In this document: positions 26,788-32,000 of the stretch, in pieces
How the letters are laid out: the number at the start of each line of letters is the position of its first letter
Numbering within the stretch: position 1 is the stretch's first letter
Assembly: GCF_001457615.1 (NCBI RefSeq)
Contig: NZ_LN831024.1
Span: 5,400,001-5,432,000, forward strand
DNA from: Pseudomonas aeruginosa
Lineage (GTDB): Bacteria; Pseudomonadota; Gammaproteobacteria; Pseudomonadales; Pseudomonadaceae
DNA: 32,000 nucleotides
Direction: 5' to 3'
Translations under genes and position numbers: made by a program
Notes under the pieces: generated by a model
What the model was told of the DNA's origin: nothing
The model's database searches: none
Seen by the model: the letters and a program-made list of their open reading frames with translations, nothing else

Positions 26788-27078
26788 ATGGCCGCCAGTC
26801 CCTACTACCTACGCCAGACCCACGCCCCGGACTGCGCCTGCTCTGTGTGCTGGTCCGCAAGGCAGGCCATCCCATTGCACAGCCCGTCGCCGTGTCCGGA
26901 CTGCCGGCCCCCTGGGCTGCCTTATCTGGAAGATGGCCGCTGGCTCTGCCGTCCCCGTTCCTTCTGCGCGAAACACGATCCGTCCCGGCGTCCGCCGAAG
27001 TACTGGCACGTTGTGTACGACAGCGGGAAACCTACGCCCTTCGTGCCCGTGCGCGAAGCATTCCAACTGGAGGGCTGA
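26788..27078 (+). CDS. Cys-rich Pf early protein, 96 aa
   Basis: Starts 3 nt after the previous stop. It has a better GC3 than the competing frame (26781-27092). Cys at 16, 18, 21, 36, 39, 54 and 60 plus His63 suggest a zinc ribbon. Confidence 0.6.
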   Translation: MAASPYYLRQTHAPDCACSVCWSARQAIPLHSPSPCPDCRPPGLPYLEDGRWLCRPRSFCAKHDPSRRPPKYWHVVYDSGKPTPFVPVREAFQLEG

Positions 27079-27081
27079 CCC

Positions 27082-27414
27082 ATGCTCGCTGACACCCTGA
27101 AAGCGCTGCTCCTGCTCTGCCTGATCCAGGCCGCCCGCACCGTGGCCGATCCGGTCAAGGGCCGCGCTCCCGGCTCGTCGGAACAGCCTCACCGTTCCGG
27201 CGAACGGAAGCACGGGCGGAGCGCACCCTTGAACGTCTCCCCCCTGAAACAGCCTCCGCTGGGGAGTGTGGGGCAGCTTCTCCGCCCCGCGCTCCCGAGC
27301 CCTCGGCGGCAAGAGCGGGATGACAAGGGCAGAGCCCTTGGTGTTAACGGACTTGAAAGTTATTCATTTCGGCGAAAATCGAAATGCTCGTTACTGCACT
27401 TTGTTGCTCAATAA
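27082..27414 (+). CDS. Possible Pf early protein (PA0719-position ORF)
   Basis: Starts 3 nt after the previous stop. The first 30 or so codons are host-like ([18 protein letters not shown]...). The 3' third runs into AT-rich non-coding-looking DNA, so the end is doubtful. Confidence 0.4.
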   Translation: MLADTLKALLLLCLIQAARTVADPVKGRAPGSSEQPHRSGERKHGRSAPLNVSPLKQPPLGSVGQLLRPALPSPRRQERDDKGRALGVNGLESYSFRRKSKCSLLHFVAQ

Positions 27415-27616
27415 GTTCAGTAGCTTGATATTTCCTCAGAAACGATTTTAGGCGCTTTATCTGTGTTGATATAGCTCCACTAGAACTCACTGAAACTCGG
27501 TAAAAAAGGCTCTTCTTTTCCTAAGCAATCACTTCCGCTGAATCACCGGCACATGAGCCGAATTGCAGCAGCGGGCTAACTCACGCCGAAAAAGGCGAAT
27601 TGAAGGAGAAACACCG
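27415..27616 (+). promoter_or_regulatory. AT-rich non-coding leader upstream of the structural operon
   Basis: About 200 nt with no ORF and roughly 42% GC. It ends in GAAGGAG, 8 nt before the ssDNA-binding gene ATG. Confidence 0.4.
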
Positions 27617-28051
27617 ATGAACATGTTTGCAACCCAAGGCGGCGTCGTCGAACTGTGGGTCACCAAGACCGACACCTATACCTCGACCAAGACCGGGGAA
27701 ATCTACGCCTCGGTCCAGTCCATCGCCCCGATCCCGGAAGGTGCCCGTGGCAACGCCAAGGGCTTCGAGATCAGCGAATACAACATCGAGCCGACCCTGC
27801 TGGACGCCATCGTCTTCGAAGGCCAGCCGGTGCTCTGCAAGTTCGCCAGCGTGGTCCGCCCGACCCAAGACCGTTTCGGCCGGATCACCAATACCCAGGT
27901 CCTCGTGGATCTGCTGGCCGTGGGCGGCAAGCCGATGGCGCCGACCGCCCAAGCCCCGGCCCGCCCGCAAGCACAGGCCCAAGCCCCGCGCCCGGCCCAG
28001 CAGCCGCAGGGCCAGGACAAACAAGACAAGTCCCCGGACGCCAAGGCGTAA
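27617..28051 (+). CDS. Pf ssDNA-binding protein (gene 5 protein type)
   Basis: 144 aa from the ATG at 27617. MNMFATQGGVVELWV...VLVDLLAVGG plus a Pro/Gln/Ala-rich tail matches the Pf1/Pf4 (PA0720) ssDNA-binding protein as I recall it. Confidence 0.9.
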   Translation: MNMFATQGGVVELWVTKTDTYTSTKTGEIYASVQSIAPIPEGARGNAKGFEISEYNIEPTLLDAIVFEGQPVLCKFASVVRPTQDRFGRITNTQVLVDLLAVGGKPMAPTAQAPARPQAQAQAPRPAQQPQGQDKQDKSPDAKA

Positions 28052-28067
28052 GCCGTAGGAGGCCGCG

Positions 28068-28160
28068 ATGCTCCGCTATCTCTCGCTGTTCGCGGTAGGT
28101 CTGGCCACCGGCTACGCCTGGGGCTGGATCGACGGCCTAGCGGCCTCCCTGGCTGTTTGA
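28068..28160 (+). CDS. pfsE: PfsE-like 30-aa inner-membrane superinfection-exclusion peptide
   Basis: Below the ORF-track cutoff. [30 protein letters not shown] contains the aromatic YAWGW motif. AGGAGG lies upstream. Confidence 0.8.
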   Translation: MLRYLSLFAVGLATGYAWGWIDGLAASLAV

Positions 28161-28171
28161 GGACTGCACGA

Positions 28172-28423
28172 ATGGAAGGCTCTGTATCGGTTCAAGTGTG
28201 CAAGACCTGGGTCCAGAACGCGGACGGCACGGTCGGCTGTACGCACCTTGAGTGGATACAGACCTACCTGCTGCCGCCTGAGGCAGAGGGCTATTTGACT
28301 CTGCTGATGGGTGGTTTCGACCCGTCGGCCTTCCGCCTCGGCTTCGCCGGGACCATCGGGCTGTTCGCCGTTGGTTTGGGGGCTGGCTTGATCATTTCCG
28401 CCATGCGCAAAGCGCGCAATTAA
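28172..28423 (+). CDS. PA0722-position membrane protein with coat-like C-terminus
   Basis: 83 aa from the ATG at 28172. The C-terminal TM plus basic tail GLFAVGLGAGLIISAMRKARN resembles the CoaB C-terminus. Confidence 0.6.
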   Translation: MEGSVSVQVCKTWVQNADGTVGCTHLEWIQTYLLPPEAEGYLTLLMGGFDPSAFRLGFAGTIGLFAVGLGAGLIISAMRKARN

Positions 28424-28436
28424 TGAGGTTCCAATC

Positions 28437-28655
28437 ATGGAAAAAATGAAAACCCTGTTCCGCAACGCTTCCATCGCCACCGTCGGCCTGGCCGTGGCCA
28501 ACGTCTCCTTCGCCGACTCGCTGATCGACGAAACCACCAAGGAAGTGCTGACCCAAGCCGGCACCGACGGCTCGTCCGTGGCCAAGCTGGTGATCGCCGC
28601 CGTGGCGGTGCTGGTCGGCCTCGCCCTGGTCATCGGCGCGATGCGCAAGGCCTGA
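28437..28655 (+). CDS. coaB: Major coat protein CoaB (divergent variant)
   Basis: 72 aa. Signal peptide of 26 aa (..ANVSFA|D). The 46-aa mature peptide has an acidic N-terminus, a hydrophobic core and a basic MRKA end, the same length and architecture as the Pf1 coat. Confidence 0.85.
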   Translation: MEKMKTLFRNASIATVGLAVANVSFADSLIDETTKEVLTQAGTDGSSVAKLVIAAVAVLVGLALVIGAMRKA

Positions 28656-28656
28656 C

Positions 28657-28734
28657 GTGATCTGGTCCCTGATGCTGGGCGCATTCATGGCGTCCGCGCT
28701 GCTGACGGGATTGAAAATCGGCCAGTATCAGTGA
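28657..28734 (+). CDS. Possible 25-aa hydrophobic minor virion/assembly peptide
   Basis: The GTG at 28657 (or the ATG at 28672) gives (M)IWSLMLGAFMASALLTGLKIGQYQ. It lies between coaB and the terminator. No clear SD. Confidence 0.3.
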   Translation: MIWSLMLGAFMASALLTGLKIGQYQ

Positions 28735-28741
28735 CAGGAGG

Positions 28742-28764
28742 AGGGGCCGAAAGGCCCCTTTTTT
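28742..28764 (+). terminator. Rho-independent terminator/attenuator after the coat gene block
   Basis: AGGGGCC-gaaa-GGCCCCT followed by T6, ending directly before the coaA ATG. Confidence 0.8.
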
Positions 28765-29919
28765 ATGCCTCGGTTCATATTGTTGATTATCACGTTGTTA
28801 TTTGGTTCGGCAGCTCATGCCGAATATTATTACTGGTACATGGGTTATTTTAATAAGAAAGTTTCATCCCCTTCGGCTGGCTGTGATCTTTATTTCAGCA
28901 GTTTTTCCAAGGACCCTGGTCGGGTTTTTGTTATGGAACCTTCGTCAAATCCAAGTGAGGCGGGCAAGGTTTTCTATTGTGTGGTTCGTTCTGGTGATTG
29001 GATTCTTTTTAATACGGATGTTTATTTGAAAGGTGATAGGTGTCCTGAGGGAACTGAGCTTGATCTCAGTGCCGGCGAATGCCGGGAGAATAAGTGCAAG
29101 ATTCTGGCTGGCTCGCTCTATGAAAAAGGCGGCCACCAAGCACCGATTTCCCGCTTCATCAATTACCTCGGTTGTGAGATCGCCGTCAGTTCGATTGATG
29201 GTTGTATCGGCCCCGCTGAGGGCGAAGCGGGTGGAACCTTCTGCCGGGTCATCGGCTCGTTCACCGGTAACTGGTTCACCTCCAAGGGCTCCTGTGCTTT
29301 CGGCTGCGACGTGGGCCCGGGCGACGGTCCGCCTCCGGGTGGGGACGGCGGCACCGGGGGCGACGGTGGTAGCAACCCGCCCGGCGGCGACGGTGGAAGC
29401 GATGGCGGCACCAAGCCCGGTAACGGCGGTGGCGATGACGGCTCCAGTGGTGGCGGCGGCGGTGGGGGCGGTGGCGGTAACAACCCCTGTCAGGGCCATG
29501 TTGGCAGTGACTGCGGCACCACGCCCGGCGGTGACGGCAGTAGCGGCGGCGATGGCGACGGGTCCGGCTCCAGCGGCGGGACCGGTGGCGATGGCGGCGA
29601 CGGCTCCGGCGGGGGAGGCCTGAAAGAGCCGAAGCAAGGCTCCTTCGACAAGACCATCAAGGAATACGACGACGCCATCGCCAAGGCGCAAAAGGACTTC
29701 CAGGAACTGCAAGGCAAGTTCGAAAGCGTCCTCGCTTCCAAGTTCGATATTCACCTGGGCACCGGCGGCGGCTCCCTACCGTGTTGGGACTTTACCGCCC
29801 TCGGCCAGCGCTACGACGTCTGCCTCACCCAGTACGCCCAAGAACTCTCCGTCATCCGCTACGTGGTGCTGTTCATCGCCGCGATCCTGGCCGGATGGAT
29901 CGTTTTCTATCGCTCCTGA
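28765..29919 (+). CDS. coaA: Minor coat/adsorption protein CoaA (g3p analogue)
   Basis: 384 aa: signal peptide MPRFILLIITLLFGSAAHA, a Cys-containing N-terminal domain, a long Gly/Asp/Ser/Pro linker, and a C-terminal TM anchor VVLFIAAILAGWIVFY. Confidence 0.85.
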   Translation: MPRFILLIITLLFGSAAHAEYYYWYMGYFNKKVSSPSAGCDLYFSSFSKDPGRVFVMEPSSNPSEAGKVFYCVVRSGDWILFNTDVYLKGDRCPEGTELDLSAGECRENKCKILAGSLYEKGGHQAPISRFINYLGCEIAVSSIDGCIGPAEGEAGGTFCRVIGSFTGNWFTSKGSCAFGCDVGPGDGPPPGGDGGTGGDGGSNPPGGDGGSDGGTKPGNGGGDDGSSGGGGGGGGGGNNPCQGHVGSDCGTTPGGDGSSGGDGDGSGSSGGTGGDGGDGSGGGGLKEPKQGSFDKTIKEYDDAIAKAQKDFQELQGKFESVLASKFDIHLGTGGGSLPCWDFTALGQRYDVCLTQYAQELSVIRYVVLFIAAILAGWIVFYRS

Positions 29920-29928
29920 GGAAACGCC

Positions 29929-30279
29929 ATGGACATTCCCTTTCTCTCCGACATTCTCGCCTGGATGCAATCCCTCTGGGACTTCCTCTACAGCGGCGTC
30001 TATGACTTCGTCACCGACGCCTTTGTCCTGCTGACCAAGATGGCCATCAAGGGCTGGTTCGAGATGCAATTGTTCGTCGCGGAAATCGGCTACAAGGCGT
30101 TCCGCGAAGTCGTCGGCGGCATCGGTATCGGCTCGACCATCACGTCCTATTACTCGTCCCTGGACGGCGACCTGCGCTCGCTGCTGGCGTTCTTCGGCCT
30201 GCCGGACGCGGTGAACATGATCTTCGCCGCCATCGGCACGCGCTTCTCCATGTCCTTCATCCCTTTCATAGGTAAGTGA
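29929..30279 (+). CDS. g6p-like minor coat/membrane protein
   Basis: 116 aa and hydrophobic, lying between coaA and zot as in Pf4 (PA0725 position). Confidence 0.65.
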   Translation: MDIPFLSDILAWMQSLWDFLYSGVYDFVTDAFVLLTKMAIKGWFEMQLFVAEIGYKAFREVVGGIGIGSTITSYYSSLDGDLRSLLAFFGLPDAVNMIFAAIGTRFSMSFIPFIGK

Positions 30280-30280
30280 C

Positions 30281-31543
30281 ATGGCGATCAAGATTCATCA
30301 CGGCCCGAACGGCTCCTACAAGACCTCCGGCGCGATCCAAGATGACCTGATCCCCGCGATCAAGAAAGGCCGCGTCATCATCACCAACGTGCGCGGCCTG
30401 ACCCGCGAACGGATCTTCCAGGTGATGCCGGAGACGCCCTCCAGTTGCGACGTCATCAACCTCGACCTCGAGGACCTGGATGACATGGAAAAGATGCGCA
30501 CCTGGTTCATGTGGGCGCCGCGTGGCGCGTTCATCATCTTCGACGAAACCCAACTGATCTTTCTGAAGTCCTGGCGCGAAGCCGACCTCAAGCGCTTCGA
30601 CTTCCCGGACGGCCCGGAAGCGGCCAAGGCAGCCGGGCGGCCCATGGGCTGGCTGGATGCCTGGACCCGGCACCGGCATTTCAACTGGGACATCATCCTC
30701 ACCACGCCGAACATCGCCTATATCCGTGACGACATCCGCATGACGGCGGAAAAGGCCTATCTGCACTCCAACCTCGCCGTCATCGGCATTCGGGGCCGCT
30801 ACAAGGAAAGCCAGCACTCGGCACAGGACAACAAACCGCCGGCCCGCGACGTGATCGTCGAGATCAAGAAAATCCGCCAGGAGACCTTCGCCCTCTATGA
30901 ATCGACAGCCACCGGCTCCGTCACCGACACCATCGCCGGCAAGAGCCTTTTTAGACAACCTAAGATTCTTCTATTCATGGCAATTCCGGCCCTTGCTATT
31001 GGGTCTGTGGTTTATGACGGCGGACCTCGTCTGCTCATGGGCGACCCTGTATCGCCGCCTGCTGCTGGAACTGCTGCGCCTGCTCAAGCCGGTCCTGCTG
31101 TGGGTGCTGCGCGTGCTACTGGTGCGGCTGGTCCTGATGCTGCTGATGATGTACCTGGGCACCCAGGCGTTCCGGGCGCTGCTCCTGTAGGCCATCCCTT
31201 CGCCGGCCGCGACTTCATCGTCAAGGCAACCCTGCTGTCCGCCTCCGGGCGCCGCACCTATCTGTTCGCCGTCCGGGGCCAGGACGGCAGCGAATTCACT
31301 CTCACCGATCGCGACCTGACCGACACCGGCTATGCCGTGGTGCCGCGGGGCAACTGCGCCGCGGAACTGAGCTTCAAGGGCGGTTGGTCCGGCTATGCCG
31401 CCTGCGCCGGGCGTAGCGCCTTGGGCAATGCGCCGCCGGCTCAGGCCGCCGCGCCGAACGTGCCGCCCGCCGCCGCGAACAGCGCCGCCGTGCGGGTGAC
31501 GGTGGTTCCTGACACCAGCCGCTTGCCGCGCTCGATCAACTGA
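30281..31543 (+). CDS. zot: Zot-like assembly ATPase (g1p analogue)
   Basis: 420 aa. Walker [13 protein letters not shown], Walker [27 protein letters not shown], an Ala/Pro/Gly linker, and a C-terminal periplasmic domain. Confidence 0.9.
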   Translation: MAIKIHHGPNGSYKTSGAIQDDLIPAIKKGRVIITNVRGLTRERIFQVMPETPSSCDVINLDLEDLDDMEKMRTWFMWAPRGAFIIFDETQLIFLKSWREADLKRFDFPDGPEAAKAAGRPMGWLDAWTRHRHFNWDIILTTPNIAYIRDDIRMTAEKAYLHSNLAVIGIRGRYKESQHSAQDNKPPARDVIVEIKKIRQETFALYESTATGSVTDTIAGKSLFRQPKILLFMAIPALAIGSVVYDGGPRLLMGDPVSPPAAGTAAPAQAGPAVGAARATGAAGPDAADDVPGHPGVPGAAPVGHPFAGRDFIVKATLLSASGRRTYLFAVRGQDGSEFTLTDRDLTDTGYAVVPRGNCAAELSFKGGWSGYAACAGRSALGNAPPAQAAAPNVPPAAANSAAVRVTVVPDTSRLPRSIN

Positions 31544-31553
31544 GGGGGAGCCG

Positions 31554-31664
31554 ATGAACTGGACAAGCTATTTCGCCGCCCTGGGGCTGGCGTTCCTGGC
31601 CTATCTGGCGGGCTTTTTCTTCGCGGTGGCGGTGACGCCGACGGGGCCGGTATGGCCGCTGTAG
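31554..31664 (+). CDS. Possible 36-aa single-TM protein
   Basis: Below the ORF-track cutoff. MNWTSYFAALGLAFLAYLAGFFFAVAVTPTGPVWPL, with host-like GC3. A GAGGGGGAG sequence sits upstream. Confidence 0.45.
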   Translation: MNWTSYFAALGLAFLAYLAGFFFAVAVTPTGPVWPL

Positions 31665-31769
31665 CCGGCCTGGCCGGGGCGCGCGCGAACGGCTCGTCTC
31701 GGAGTGAGCAAGCGCCACGGCGGGGCCGGCCGACGCCCCTGTAACACGTCAGATAAACGCCCTGTGTTT

Positions 31770-31787
31770 TGGACATTAATGGACATT
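31770..31787 (+). promoter_or_regulatory. Tandem TGGACATT repeat upstream of the rep gene
   Basis: TGGACATTaaTGGACATT with 10-bp phasing, ending 13 nt before the ATG at 31801. Confidence 0.4.
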
Positions 31788-31800
31788 GTTGGGTAAGCCC

Positions 31801-32000
31801 ATGAAGAAAGTGAAACCGATTCATCAAAACCGCCTCCTGTTGCAACCCGACGGGCAGTTGCTGGATTCCCCCAAGGGACGGCTCTTCGTTGATTCCATAA
31901 CGGGGGCGTTCACCGACCTGTCAGGCGTGCGCATCCTGCGGTGCGGCGTGGACACGGTGCGACAGTTGTACAACGGCAAGTTGCGCCCGGAAGTGATGGC
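31801..32000 (+). CDS. Replication initiation protein, 5' part (PA0727 position)
   Basis: Open frame from the ATG at 31801 to the window end (MKKVKPIHQNRLLLQPDG...). Called by synteny after zot. No motif is visible in the 66 aa available. Confidence 0.55.
   Translation, partial: MKKVKPIHQNRLLLQPDGQLLDSPKGRLFVDSITGAFTDLSGVRILRCGVDTVRQLYNGKLRPEVM

Larger units (their letters stand above)
24746..32000 (+). mobile_element. Pf1/Pf4-like filamentous prophage, left end and core (right end outside the window)
   Basis: A tRNA-fragment att is followed by the canonical Pf gene order: repressor / excisionase / small ORFs / ssDNA-binding / PfsE / CoaB / CoaA / g6p-like / Zot / Rep. Confidence 0.95.

Noticed and set aside
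26809-27312. 167-aa minus-strand ORF opposite the Pf early ORFs
   Set aside because: It is Arg/Gly/Ala-rich and junk-like. The plus-strand ORFs show coupling and better third-position bias.
28945-29754. Minus-strand ORFs (269 aa, poly-Pro 106 aa, 83 aa) and a plus-strand 196-aa ORF inside coaA
   Set aside because: These are alternative-frame or antisense readings of the Gly-rich GGN-repeat linker (poly-Pro/Ala). They are expected compositional artefacts.
1-32000. Search for CRISPR arrays, IS elements or transposase genes, and rRNA or complete tRNA genes
   Set aside because: I saw no regularly spaced direct repeats, no transposase-like ORFs or terminal inverted repeats, and no rRNA or complete tRNA structure. 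The only mobile element is the filamentous prophage.

Overview
This is high-GC (about 65%) Pseudomonas aeruginosa-type chromosome joined to the left part of a Pf1/Pf4-like filamentous (Inovirus) prophage. Positions 1-24705 are densely packed core genes. From memory they are syntenic with PAO1 PA4773 to about PA4802. They include the polyamine/polymyxin operon speD-speE-orf-pmrA-pmrB, cueR, a REC/HD-GYP c-di-GMP phosphodiesterase, two EamA exporters and an Lrp regulator. A thiolase / SDR / AraC / MaoC lipid cluster follows, then mazG-like plus cmoM, two DUF4136-type lipoproteins flanking a GDPD lipoprotein, and a GNAT / DsrE-like / GcvH-like trio. The last core genes are GrpB, a P-loop kinase, a methyltransferase and a nitrilase-family hydrolase, with REP palindromes in several intergenic gaps. 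At 24746-24772 a 27-nt fragment identical in form to the 3' end of a tRNA-Sec (8/5 acceptor/T geometry) marks attL. From there to the window end lies the prophage. In order it carries a 1.2-kb low-GC two-gene orphan cargo cassette co-oriented with the repressor, a divergent repressor/excisionase switch and three small early ORFs. The structural block is the ssDNA-binding protein, PfsE, a PA0722-like ORF, a divergent CoaB, a terminator, CoaA, a g6p-like ORF, Zot and a 36-aa membrane ORF. The 5' end of the replication initiator closes the window. The integrase and attR lie outside it. The main leads are the cargo cassette, a segment inside zot whose alternative reading frame shows the normal G/C-ending codon bias, and low-GC patches in coaA and upstream of the structural operon.
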